Part shown: positions 32,907 through 45,949 of the stretch, piece after piece
Layout: every line of letters starts with the position of its first letter
Numbering within the stretch: the stretch's first letter is position 1
Assembly (NCBI GenBank): GCA_963693365.1
Contig: CAVNZM010000010.1
Coordinates: 9,316,826 to 9,380,825 of the forward strand
DNA length: 64,000 nt
Direction: 5' to 3'
Source of the DNA: Amoebidium appalachense
Lineage: Eukaryota > Protista > Ichthyosporea
Notes under the pieces: model-generated
The model's database searches: none
What the model was told of the DNA's origin: nothing
The model's input: the letters and a program-made list of their open reading frames with translations, nothing else
Program-made: the position numbers and the translations under genes

Positions 32907-33769
32907 CATTTCTTGCCCAGCCCCCTTGCAAACACCCCTCCATCCCTTCCCACACGCCCACCTGCTGTGATGTGGCAGACCGTTAGGCCTGCGTGGCTGG
33001 CCAGTGGCCGGGAACCCTCTGCTGTGTGGCCCCGAAGGTCGAAGGCTGTGGCGTGGCTGCGCAAGGGGCCTGGCCTGCGTTGCAGCAGCTAGACAGGTTG
33101 GTGTGCGTGTATCAGGGGTTTTGTGATAGCTACTTGCTGTGCCAGCTGTCAAGTTCAAGTTAGGCCAGACCGCTAAGATGAACTTGAAAGTTTTTTGGGG
33201 GCCTTGTACGCATCTGAGCACAGTGGCTCTGGTAAGTGGTCTTTTGAAAATTGGGGCGTGTGATGCGTGTGTGGATTGGATTAGCGCGCATCAGCTCTCG
33301 TAAGCGCTGCAGCCTGAGCCAATCATAGCGCGCCGGGCATTTGGTTAGGTTACTAACTTACAAAGCTGTACTATGCGGCTCGATTTTCGACTGCTGTGGC
33401 CTAACGAGCCGTTGTCGCGCAAAGGATAGGGCTTGTAAGCATACGAGTTTGGTTGCGCTCGAGCACAGCCAACACTGATGATCACAGCTGTTCACTGATG
33501 TGCAGTGTGCATCTGTATACGTGTGTGTTCCATGTGAGTGAGTGATCGAGAGCGAGTGTGAGCGCCGGTGTATGTGTGTATGTGTGTGTGTGTGTCACCG
33601 TGGGTGTGCGCGTGCGCGCCGCGTGTGCATGTGTGTCCATGTGTGTGTGTGTGTGCGTGTGCATGAGCATGTGTCTGTGTGTGTACGCGCGCGCGTTTGT
33701 GCGTGTGCATGTGTGTGTGTTCGTGTGTGTCAGGTTGTGTGCGCGGCGGTGCGTGCACCTGTATGAGTG

Positions 33770-34384
33770 CAGGTCCAACCGTTGTACGGCGTCGAGTGTA
33801 CCGCACACGTATGCGCGACAGTGAGTGTGTTGGTGCCACGGAATGGTCTCTGTCTAATGTGAGTGTGCGTTTCGTCATGAACGCCGTGTACAAAGTCCCC
33901 ATCATCTATGTGAGAGCATAAAGTGCAAACTTATTGGTGGCATCAAGGTAGTGACAACGACCTCTGAAATTCTTGAAGTGCTGCGGCGGAAGCAGTACTT
34001 CTCGGCACAACCTTCGCCCCTTTCTCCGGCCTCACGAAAAGTCATAGCCTACAGTAAGTCTACTGGAACTTCACCCGGGCACTCCATCATGTGCAGAAAG
34101 GTTTTGAAGGAGCCATGCTTGTGGTGGTCTAGTGGTGCTTTCTCTGCTGATGTCTGGGGTTGCGGCACGCCAATGACCATGATCACCGTTTCTGCTCGTC
34201 CCTGGCTTTGCGCCCCGGCGGACCTGAGAAGTTGAGCCGAAAAACTGACAGCCTGGCCACCGGCCAGGGGAGATTACCAAGCCAATCTGTCACGTGCCGT
34301 GCCGAACTTGCTGGCAAGCAGTCTGCCAAACCGCTGAGATCCACCTCAACAACTTTCCCATACTCCATTGTGACACATTGCCCA

Positions 34385-34444
<60 letters not shown>

Positions 34445-34700
34445 ACCCCCCACCCCGTGATCATGACCGGGCCACCCCAGGCTCATCCGGAAGTATCTAC
34501 GGCACAATGGCTTGAGGTACAGGGGCCTGTGACGCCTTAGGTCCGGTCCACAAAGAGAGTTTTGCTATGGCCAGCTGGGGACTCATGATTGGGCTGCTGG
34601 ACACGCTGTCGACCTGCCCGGATGGACTTCCGGAGGCCTTGGCGCGCGGCCGGCAGGCAGGTCGGTGGTGTGCATACCACTGGGCTGTTGAGCCAATCAA
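33770..34700 (-). pseudogene. Decayed coding-like sequence of unknown origin
   Basis: High-complexity stretch whose minus-strand frames (MEYGKVVEVDLSGLAD.., AETVIMVIGVPQ..KTFLHMMECPGEVPVDLL*AMTF..) are broken by isolated stops and frameshifts. No recognisable family. Confidence 0.25.
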
Positions 34701-35576
34701 ACGCTGGTTAAAATACAACCTAAACTTTTAGTTTTGTAGGGGCTTAACTGAGTTTTCTGGAAACTGTAATTTACCACTTTAGACTTTTTGTTGAGTTCTG
34801 TTGGTCGTCACATTGAGTATTTATATGATTTTCACACAGTGTTCAGGTATCTCAGTATGTACTTGTTACTGGATAACTCGTGAAGTTTTTATTGTCTTCT
34901 CAGTATGCCGTGCATACTTGCATATCTTTCCGTCGAATAAATCCAGTCAAAAGAATTTTTTTTTTTTTACTAAGTTATGAAACTTTAAGCATACTGCTAA
35001 AAGTATCCGTTATGAGCCCCTTGAGATCTGAGGGTGCATGCCAGCAGTAAAAGTGCCGCACTTTCACTTGCACTTGTGTGCGTGCAGACAAAACCATTGG
35101 GTTGAGCAAAACCCTTGTACGTTTCCAAGACGTATAAGCTGATTCTGTAATCCTATAACGCACGCTGTAGTGGTTGTATACTATGAGGCAGGCCCACATG
35201 CAGCCCCCACAGGCTTTGTAACCACAAAATTTAGCGTACAGTTTTGCACGAGTTTTTTTATCGCTGTCAGATCTGGCCTTCATGCATGCCTGCTGGTGCG
35301 AACCAGAGGGCTGTGATCGATAGGCTGGTGAATGGGCAACATTTTACAGCAGGGAAAGACACCGCACCGAGCGAATCGCACTTTCTAATCCGTGTGTGAG
35401 CCTGCGGTAGGGCTCGGTTGCTGGGTAGCACACCTTGACCTCTGCACGGCACCCACTGGCACTCTGCACTGTGGCCAGCACCTTGTGCCAGTTTAAGTTC
35501 AAGGAGCCCGCACGTTGGTGGCTGGCCCAGGACACTTTGGGGTGCAACCCTGGCCTGGTGAGGGCCAGCCTGCACC

Positions 35577-36075
35577 ATGCTGCACTGCCACGTGGCCACC
35601 TGCACGGCAGGGCCAGAGCAAGGCGCGCTGCCTGAGCTCAGCTGTGACGACATAGACAGGGCCCTGCGCCTTGCTGAGGCCACCACAGAGCCAGGTGCGT
35701 ACACTGACTGTGGTTGGGCCGGTGGGTCTTGACGGTGTGGGCGTGCCTGCGTGTTGGTGAGCGTGTTGCGCTCGCACCGTTTGCTGGGTGCCAGTGCATG
35801 GTGTGTTCTTGCGTTTGTCCGTGGCTGTACTTGTGCGCGTCTGACACGAGATCTTTCTTTTTTTTTGGGATTTTTTTTTTTTTTTGTGTATGTGTGTGTG
35901 TGTGTGTGTATGTTGTAGAGGGGAAATAGAAGGGAAATAGATGACAGAGAGTAATAAATAATAATAATCGGGCTGGTTGACCATATATTTATAGAGTATA
36001 CCGTGTCCAAGCAGTGTAATAATTTAAAGAACCAGTGAGCGTACAAGGGTGCTCTGCCAACGTTAGTTACACCTA

Positions 36076-36161
<86 letters not shown>

Positions 36162-36323
36162 GTGTGTGTCTCGCGTGCGTGTGTGTGTGTGTGTTGGTGT
36201 GTGCGTTTGCACTTGAGTTGTACTTTTTCTCGTGAGTGTGCTCGTGCGTGTGCGTGTGCCCTTGTGCTTATGTGTGTGCGTGTGCGTGTACGTGTGCGCG
36301 TGCGTGTGCGTGTGCGTGTGCAC

Positions 36324-36364
<41 letters not shown>

Positions 36365-36576
36365 TTGTGTGTATGTGTGTGCATGGGTGCGCGTTTACAC
36401 GTTTGTGTTTGCTCATACACGCGAGTGTGCGTGTGTAGGTATGCGTGTCTCTGTCTACGTCTCGTGTCTGCTTGTGTGCGTGCGTGCATGTGTGCGTGCG
36501 TGCGTGCATGCGTGCGTGCGTGCGTGCGTGTGTGCATGCGTGCGTGCATGCGTGCGTGCGTGCGTGCGTGCGTGTG

Positions 36577-36633
<57 letters not shown>

Positions 36634-37180
36634 GCGTGTTTGTGCATATGTTTAATCAAATATGGCCCGTCTGCAATATCTTGACAAATCACCTCCAAAA
36701 CCTGGTGTGTGGCAACCCGAAACTTTGGGATATATTTAACCTGCTTGTCCAAGAAAAGAGGTGCCTAGTTAGCTCTGCAGCATTCTTGCACATGCAACTC
36801 CTAAGCGCCTGCAGGGGCAACATGTGTGCTCGTATGTACCTTGATGGTCCATGTTGTCACTAGTGGCTGTTCGTGCACCTGGCTGGTACTGTGTTTTTTG
36901 TTTATTGTTCCAAAGTTTTTGTGTGCGGGTAGCTGGAGCATTGCTGGCACACGTTGAACGGTCAACTTGCACGGACCGCAGTCCACGGCACGAGGGGATC
37001 TGGGTTACAATGCAGCACCGAGTCGTGTGATCCTCTGCTGTTGGAAGGCTTTCCCTCTGCATTATATATATATATCATCATGATCAATTACAATATATAT
37101 CATAATGCGTGTATATACATATATGTATATATTATGTATATATATATATATATATATCAGTACACACACACACACACCGT

Positions 37181-37257
<77 letters not shown>

Positions 37258-38097
37258 ACACACGCACACACATGATCCGACGATCTTGCGCTTGACTGAC
37301 TGCCCTTTGGCTGCAGATTTTTCTGCCCTTGGGGCTTTGCGGGTGAAAAGACGACACTCGCTGGCCAGCGACGCGCAGTCCCCTCTCTGTCCGGGCCCAT
37401 ATGACCGCCGGCCCAGCCTGGCGGGGTCACGGCGTGGCAGCCTGAGCCTCTCTGACCTTGTGGGCCAGACCCCGCCCCGTGCAACCTCCCGGGCAGACCA
37501 GCACGGTGGCCCCAGCAGCTACCTGGGGGGGCGGCGGCAGTCGGCGCTGCCGGTGCTGCAGTCGGGGCGGTGGGGAGAGGACATGCTGCTGGGGGACCTG
37601 GAGCTGTCCCTGCGGCTGGCCCTGGACGGGCCCACGGCCCTGGCCCTGACCTCAAAGCGCCGCCACTCGGCCCTGCCCACCCTGCTTGCCGCCTCCCAAC
37701 CTGCGCTGCCCAGCTACAGAGGTGAGCCATAAGCACTGCACACACGCATGTCAGCCATTCACACATACGCCAACCCGCCCTCGTCCTCCGAGCCACCAAG
37801 GTGCATGTAGCCCCAGTTAAATTCAGATCATGCAGGGTTACCCCCAGCCGCTAGCATGTAGTGTAATTGAGTTACTCTAAACAGACATGGAGTGTATGTA
37901 TTTCACTCTCAAAACACATCAAATGGAGGCAGGCATTTTGACACACCCACTGCAGCCAAGGGGCTAGGGCAGGATGCGGGCCACAGCACACTGACAGCAC
38001 AGCTGGCTGGCCTGCATGTGGGCACGAGTGCTGCAAGCAGGTGCGTGGAATGGGTCATGGTGTGTGTGCGTACGGTGTGTGTGTATGTGTGTTTGTG

Positions 38098-38132
<35 letters not shown>

Positions 38133-38135
38133 TGT

Positions 38136-38177
<42 letters not shown>

Positions 38178-38310
38178 CGTGTGTGTATGTGCGTTCGTGC
38201 GGCATGGTGTGTTTTTTGGGGGGTTTGTGTGTTTGTGTTGTGTGTGTGCGTGCGTGTGTGTGTACGTTTGTGTGGCACGGTGTGTGTGCTTGCGTGTTTG
38301 TGTGCTTGCG

Positions 38311-38387
<77 letters not shown>

Positions 38388-39399
38388 CGCGCGTGCGTGC
38401 GTGCGTGCGTGTGTGTGTTGATGCCCAGTTTATGTGCCGGTGAGGGTGAGCAGGCCTGTCCCCGTGCGTTGCCTCGGACAGATACGAGTAACAATGGGCC
38501 CGCAGCACCCACAGCCTACCCGGTGCTAGCGCTGACAGCCTGTTGCTGGAGAACCTGTCACTGGCAGAGGTGGGTGTCCCTGGTGGACGGTGAGGGGTTA
38601 GAATGGTATCATTAGGCATATGATGGTTTCTATAGGGAAGTCTACAATACACATTGCACAGGTGGTAACTACAGAGATACTTACTATATGTATTACTACA
38701 TAGATGTCACCAGCCATTTGCATTGATAATATTCGGCACCTATGTACAGTGATATCTACTTATTAGCAGATAGACATTCCCTGCCATTTGCATTATTAGG
38801 ATGGCATCTCCACGAATATCCACGATGGGCATTTGATATGTTATGCTTATCAATCCGTGATCGGCATTTTGAAATGCCATTATGGTTATCTATCCAATAT
38901 GGAAATTTTGAAATGTTCTTATGCATATCTATCCACGATGGGCATTTTGAAATGCTATGCTTATCTATCTACGATGGGCATAAATGAAAGTATGCTTATC
39001 TATCTACGATGGGCATCTTGAAATGTTATGCTTATCTATCCGTGATGGGAGATGCCTCTTTGAGCGATATTACATTTATGAAACACACCACGTGGCAACC
39101 ATGGGAACTAGTTATTTCGGAGGTGTCCATCATATGCTGACGGTTGGGTGCAGGACTGGCCAGACTTCTACGATGGGCATCTTGAAATGTTATGCTTATC
39201 TATCCGTGATGGGAGATGCCTCTTTGAGCGATATTACATTTATGAAACACACCACGTGGCAACCATGGGAACTAGTTATTTCGGAGGTGTCCATCATATG
39301 CTGACGGTTGGGTGCAGGACTGGCCAGACTTGCCGGGGATGCTGATAGGGGATGACGTCATCGAGACCATGGGTGGGTGAATGGATGCCCTTTTTTTGT

Positions 39400-39448
<49 letters not shown>

Positions 39449-39962
39449 GGGGGGGGGGGGGGGAGAGGGGGAGGGGTGCATATCTGACCGGCACCTGCTA
39501 ACTGAACGGGGGCAGAGGAGGAGAGGCAGTGCGAGCACTGCAGCCGCAGTGTGCTCTCGTGGCGCTGCTTCCCCGGCACCACCGTCACCCTGTGCCAGGT
39601 CAGACACCATGCGCCCCTCCCCTGCCACATGCTCGTGTGTTGTTGGGTGCAGCGTCCAGGGCTAGGGGGGGTTTTACACTCGGTTAGTAAACAGGGCTAG
39701 GGGGGGTTTTACACTCGGCTAGTAAAGATTGCCGGGGCTGGGGCCAAACTTTTCAATAATGCATACAGGCGCTGTACTTCGCAAACGGCCTATGGCAGCC
39801 CCAGCCGTGCATGTACTGGCCCACACCGTGTCAGCCACACACATGCACGAACTGACCCGCCCATCCACAGACCTGCTACGAGTACATCGAACTCAGTGCC
39901 CAGGGCCTTGTGCTCAGCGACCCAGCCACCTATCCAGACACCCCCAACACGGGATCATCCAG

Positions 39963-39999
<37 letters not shown>

Positions 40000-40593
40000 C
40001 CCCCCGTCGTCCTCTCAGGGGCATAATGCTGACGTCAGGTGGCCTACAGCTCACTTGCTGCTGACCCCGCCACACCCCCGGCCCCATCCACAACCGACGG
40101 GGATCTGCCGCCCCTCAATGGCCCACAGGCAAAGCAAAGGCCCCGGCCAGCGCCCAGGCCACATAAAGTGAGTGTGCATGGTCTGTTTCCTAATTAGGCC
40201 ACACAAAGCGGGAGTGTGCATGGTCTGTTGTCTATTACTAACTGACTGGGCACGCAGGGCACCATGCAGCCCCGGGCAGACCCCCTCCAAAAAGAAACCG
40301 GCCGCTGAGCCCCGGCAGGCCACCGAGTGCTCTAACTGCCACAGGTTGGTGTGTGGCTGCGCACGTGTGTGCCTGTGTGCACAGGGACACCACGTGCTGC
40401 CCGTGTCTGGCCATGCGCGTGTGGCTTTTGGGCTGTGTGTGCTCTTTCTTGTGTGCTGATGTGTGCCTTGGTGCCGCTGTATGCAAGTGTAGGTGTACGT
40501 TATGTGTCCTTGGTTGTGTGTGTCTGTTTGCAGTGTGCGTGTAATGTGTGTGTTTGTACTTGTGTGTGCGTGCGTGCGTGCTTGCTTGTTTGC

Positions 40594-40624
<31 letters not shown>

Positions 40625-41251
40625 TGTGAGTGTGTGCGCGCGCGCGCGAGTGTCTGTGTATGTCGTTAATGTTGTTGTTATTGGGGGGGAGGGGGGGTGC
40701 GGGAAGAAGTGTGTGTGTGTGTGGATGGGTGTTTGGGTGGTTAGGAAGGGGGGGAGGGAGGGGAGGAGGGGGTGTGCAAAACATGCAACCGCAGGTTGAG
40801 GTCTGCATACGTGTACATGTGTGCTGACGGTGGGGTGCAGCACGCTTACTACGCTCTGGCGGCGGTCGGCCGTGACGGGCCAGCTGGTCTGCAATGCCTG
40901 CGGGCTGTACGAGGTGGGGCCTTGGCCTGCGCGGGGTTGCGGGCCATGTGTGCTGGGGTGGGCTTAGTGTAGCCAGTTGCATGCCATGGCCCACAGGGCA
41001 CGGCCTGTGGTTGGTGCTGGCTGCAGTGTGTGGTGCCTGCCAAGACACGAATGAGCAGGTGCATGCCCGTGGCCCACATCTATTAGGCACACCCGCCTGC
41101 ACGTGCACGTCCGGACACATTCTGACACCACTCCTCCCCCCAGCGTTTGCACAAGTGCCCGCGGCCAGTGGCCATGTTCCAGCCAGCCGTCCCCAAGAAG
41201 CGCAACCGCCGAAAACGGGAGGATGACACAGATCCCACCGACCAGCCGTGA
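35577..41251 (+). CDS. Single-finger GATA transcription factor
   Basis: Exons 40258-40344, 40841-40913 and 41144-41251 splice to [55 protein letters not shown]..*, a GATA finger plus basic tail. Upstream in-phase exons ~35577-35694, 37317-37721, ~37933-38041, ~38515-38569 and 39318-39371. Start and some middle exons are uncertain. Confidence 0.88.
38815..39331. repeat. ~33-bp degenerate tandem repeats followed by a 164-bp direct duplication (39004-39167 / 39168-39331)
   Basis: Unit ATCTACGATGGGCATTTTGAAATGTTATGCTT recurs. The duplicated block ends in the splice acceptor and the first 14 nt of a GATA exon. Confidence 0.9.
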
Positions 41252-41822
41252 GCGTGCCCCATGCCCTGGGGTGGTGGGAGCTGGGGCTATGTTGTGCAAT
41301 GATCCCCTATGTTGTGACCCGAGGCACGAAGGACAACCTGGCACATGCACTCAGGGAAAACACAAACATTCATCGCGATTGGAATTCCGAACTCGTTTGT
41401 TTATTTATATTACACAATACCTTCATTATCTGATGTATAGACTTATCTTACGTACATGTAGTGTGCCCAACCTGAATGTCCACTTATGCACCACCACATT
41501 ATTGCCTCTCTAGTTCAGCATAACCGTACCTTAGTATGGCGCCCTACATGTGTAAATACCCGGGGGAGGCCAACCATAATGTATGTATATAGATATGTAT
41601 AATGCCGGACAGCTCGAGTAGTCATGCGTCCAAGCATATAGGTAAATAACTAGCTGCTACGGTGGCCAAAGAAGTAGTGATATATAGTGACAGTATCATA
41701 CGGCAAATGCGCGAAACAAACAGCACAGGCACATAGACATTCAGTGCCCAGCAATAATAATTATATTGGTAGCCAAAGTCTACACCCCGGGCTATCTAGA
41801 CTATATCTCTCCAGCAATAAAG

Positions 41823-43585
41823 TCAGGCAGCCCATCTGGGCAGGACGGGCAGCACGTGGTTGTGGTGGTAGCTCTTTGTTGCCACATAGTGGCCCGTGCC
41901 CAGGGCCGTGGCCCTCCGCAGCTCGTCCAAGCCCTTCTGCTGCAGCTCGTGCTCCCGCTTGTGCCGCCGTGCAATCTGCATGCCGTGGTCAGAGCACATC
42001 AAGTAAACCACAGATGCATCGGCATGGTTTATGTACACATGGTGCATGCATGCTTTCCGTCTGTGTGGGATAGTGTGGGCAGAAAACAGCGCGGCCGTGT
42101 TCCGGGCATTTGCATGTTGGTGCCGCCACACCTGCATGTGGCCGTGTGCTGTTTCCCTCGGGCACATATTGTGCCGATCAAGTTCACCTCACCTTGTTGA
42201 TCGTCCTGATCTTTTCCGAGACATTGGGGGGAAGGGGGCTTATGCAAGAACAGGGTAAGAGAGAAAGGGTGTGGGAGGGGAGGGGGAGGGGAGAGGGAGA
42301 GGGACATAGAAAGAGAGGGGAGGGGGGGGGGGGGGGAGGGGAAAGAGCGAGAGAGAGGGGGGGGGGGGGGGGGGGGGGAGGGGCAGAGAGAGGGAGAGAA
42401 AGGGGGAGAAGGGGCGAGAGGGAGAGGGAGGAGGAACACAGGAGGAAGAGAGTGAGGGATGTGAGAGTGAGAGCACCTGCGTGCATTGTGATGATGAGGG
42501 GGCGAGTTCGAGTGTGACAAAAGCCAAGCAGGCAGTCACAGAGTGCAGTGCACGACACAATTTGACAACTAAAGCACCCCGCACATACACCACAAACTAA
42601 CAATTAAAGCACCCCGCACATACACCACAAACTAAACCCTAAACCCTAAACCCTAACCCTAAACCCTAAACCCTAAACCCAATTAAAGCACCCCGCACAA
42701 TCTACACAGGCGCAACCCTTCTGCTGCACATCGAACAAATGACCCACCATTGTGCTGCCCCCCCCCCCCCCCCTCCCCCCCCTCCCCCCCTCTTTGCCCA
42801 CTCGCCTCAGCCCAGTGTCCACACGAGTACCTACATTTCTAAATTCTCTCTGGCATCCCCTGCTGCCACCCAACTCCATGCTTGCACGTGCACATGTATG
42901 GCAGGAAGCAAATGTCACCCAGAGTGTCAATAAGCAGGTGATGTGTTGGGCAAAGGCAGATGGACACAAGAAGTCAAGGGGGTTTAACGGCCGCACGTAC
43001 CTCTGCATGTGACGCCTGGCCTCCCGTCTTTGCTCCGACCCTGTTCCCGATTGGTGAGCACCACCAAGGGCGGCTCATGCATGTCACGTGGCTCTATGCC
43101 CATCCATAGGCGCAGATGGAGGGGACAGAGCAGGCAGACACGAGAAAGGGAAGGGGAAGAGCGCAGGCAGGCAGGAGTGTGTGTGTGGGAAAGAATTGCG
43201 CAGGGAGGAAGGAACGGGGGGGAGCAAGCGAATAGATGGGACAGCAGTGGACACCGGGCAGATCGGGGAGAAGGGGGGGGGGGGGGGGGGGGGGGGGGGG
43301 AGGGGGGATCACATATGCATCAGAAGGTTGGAAATGGAGGAGAAGACACAAAAGGCAAAACGAAAACCAAAAAAAAAAAAGAAAGAAAGAAAGAAAAAAA
43401 AAAAAAAAAAAAAAACCTGGTGCAGACAGAAGGCAATTGAGCAGGCGGGGGGAGGGGGGAGGGAGAGGGAGAGAGGGAGGGGGAAGGGGGGGGGGGAGTT
43501 GTGGGGGTTTAGGGTTTGGGGGAGAGAGAGAGAGAGCAAGAGGAAGAGCCATGGATTTTTTTCTATATACATACATGCACACACA

Positions 43586-43631
<46 letters not shown>

Positions 43632-44423
43632 TGCGCGCGCACACACACGCACACCCACCCACATTCAAACAGGCGGGCGGAAAGGGGGGAGGGAGAGAGG
43701 GGCAAATTGTTGCAATGGAGAGCAGGCAGTTTGCAAGATATGAATACCCCCCCCCCCCCCCCCCCCGCGTGCACGGCAACCCTATCTGCCGATACTCTTT
43801 TCCAATCACATATCGACTTAGGCAGCACCCATTACGGGAAGGGGGGAGGTCGATACTTCGGCAAGGAGAAAGAATAAGGCGGACAGGACAGGAGAGAGAG
43901 AGAGAGAGGGGGGGGGGGGGGGGGGGGGGGGGGGGACCAAACGACCACACAGCCAGGACGAAAGGATGGATGAGAAAGGACAAGAATCAGGCAGGCGGCG
44001 AGGAGGGATGGATGGGGGAGGGTAAGGCAGAGTATCGGGCAGGGCCGTGGAGGGGGGGGTCAGCTAGGCGAAAAAAAGAGACAGAGGGCCATGCATGAGG
44101 GGGGAGAGGGGGAGGGGGAGGAAGAGAGAGTGAGTGAAAGTGAGAGAGAGAGAGAGTGAGGGGGGTGGTAGTGGGGGGGAGGGGGGGGGGTGAAAGAGAG
44201 AGAGAGAGACAAAGAGAGAGACAGAGAGAGAGAGGGGGGGGGGGGGGGGAGAGAGAGAGAGAATGGGGGGTTGAGAAAGGACGGAGGGGAGGGGGAAAGG
44301 AACAGGGAGATGGTGAGGGGAGGGGGGGGGAGAGGGGGAGGAAGAGCGGGAAGGAAAAGGGAGAAAGAGAGGCCTAGATGGACGGCAAGAGAGAACGAGA
44401 GAGAGCGAGAGCGAGAGCGAGCG

Positions 44424-44491
<68 letters not shown>

Positions 44492-45302
44492 AGGGAGGGA
44501 GGGAGGGAGGGAAAGGGAGAGAGAGAGAGAGACCACGCATAGAGGAATGGACAGAAAGAGGCCAGGCATGCAGGATGGCAGACAGGGAAAAAGCTTCGGG
44601 AAGGGGGAAGAGGACAACAGGCATATAGGGAGGAAGGGAGTTTAGAGGCCAAAAAAACAGGAACGGACAAAGAGTTAATGGGAAGGGAGAAAAAGTTTAT
44701 AGGCCGTGTAGGACCGGCAGGTGTAAGACAGAAAGCAGACTGCAGGCTCACATACTTCGGGGTGGGCTTGCCGGGGGCCGGAGCTGCAGAGGCAAGTTGG
44801 GATGACGTCAGTAAGGAGCATAAGCATAAAAATGTGTGTGCAGCTCTGGTATGCAGGTATGCATGTTCTAATGGAAAAGGCGAAAAAAGCCCCGAACCTT
44901 CAGTGGGCGAAGCATGTGCAAGATGAGACTACCTGTGTAAGATGGGAAGTCAATGACAAAATAACACGTGTTCTGTCAGCCTACGTGTCATCCTGCTCTC
45001 CCTCTGTGAGTGAACTAGAGACTGAAGTGCGCCAGTATGTGTACTGGTCCGTGTGCATTTGAATAAGCAGCTATGGGTGGCTGTGCGCTTGGCATGTGTG
45101 TGCTAGGCTTGTGCTAAGGCATGTTTGCACTATAGAGGGGTGCGAGTCGTGTTTGAGTTGTGTGTTTCTGTGGACGCGTGCAGTGCCTGCCCTGCCCGCC
45201 TCGGCCTTTTGTGCACGTCGGTGTGACTGGGTGTGACTGGTGTGCCTGTGCCTGTGCCTTTGTCACCTGGGGCCACTCACTCTTTGTGCCTGTTGTCGAC
45301 AT
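41823..45302 (-). CDS. Hypothetical multi-exon protein
   Basis: Exon-like blocks with GT/AG ends: ~45267-45302 (MSTTGTKSEWPQ), ~44751-44785, ~43001-43093, ~42132-42187 and last exon ~41823-41975 (IARRHKREHELQQKGLDELRRATALGTGHY..RWAA*). The last three join in phase. No family recognised. Confidence 0.4.
42633..42680. repeat. Interstitial telomere-like repeat (CCCTAAA)n with one CCCTAA unit
   Basis: aaaccctaaaccctaaaccctaaccctaaaccctaaaccctaaaccc. A shorter mixed TTAGGG/TTTAGGG run lies at ~56461-56482. Confidence 0.85.
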
Positions 45303-45798
45303 AGCGTCTCTGCAAGTGGACCTGGGCTGGCGGCAGCACTGTTCTGTTCTGACCCTACGCCTCTAAGCGCCAGACTCTCTTACCAGAACACCTGCTCCCG
45401 TCTGGCCACAACCACAACAACCGGTTTACTCCTATCCTGTATACAATGCTATACTGGCAACAAGCCCTAGCTTTGTGACTGTGGAAGACGAGTAACCGAC
45501 TGTTCAACTGTTCAGACGTTTGAATATATCAAGGGGGGATGCATACAAACGTTGAAACTTCATTTGCGGCCAATCTATTTTACCTATTGGAAATTGAAGT
45601 GGGGGTTTACGCTGTTTACTCGAGGCAAAGAGAACCAGTCTCAGGTATGGGGGGGGGGGGGGTTTGCTCGGAATATCCCCTCAGCGGTATATCATGATCA
45701 CGTACATAGATGTCGGGTGGTGACTATATATCAGGGTTTACTTTCTCTACGAGACACCATAAAGACTACAAGGAGAAATCAATTAGTTGGGGTTCCCC

Positions 45799-45799
<1 letters not shown>

Positions 45800-45860
<61 letters not shown>

Positions 45861-45892
45861 GGGCTCCCCTCGGGACACTCGGTATCAGCTGG

Positions 45893-45949
<57 letters not shown>

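Noticed and set aside
33860-33921. VMNAVYKVPIIYVRA resembling the Atg3/Atg10 Y.VP.LY motif
   Set aside because: It is immediately followed by a stop, with no HPC catalytic motif or supporting exons.
34388-34444. Very long poly-C/poly-G runs (here and in most introns) as functional G-quadruplex elements
   Set aside because: Homopolymer length and purity are unreliable in assemblies, so they cannot be distinguished from sequencing or polishing artefacts without reads.
41900-41975. RRHKREHELQQKGLDELRR as a bHLH basic helix
   Set aside because: It lacks the E-R-x-R signature spacing and a second helix.
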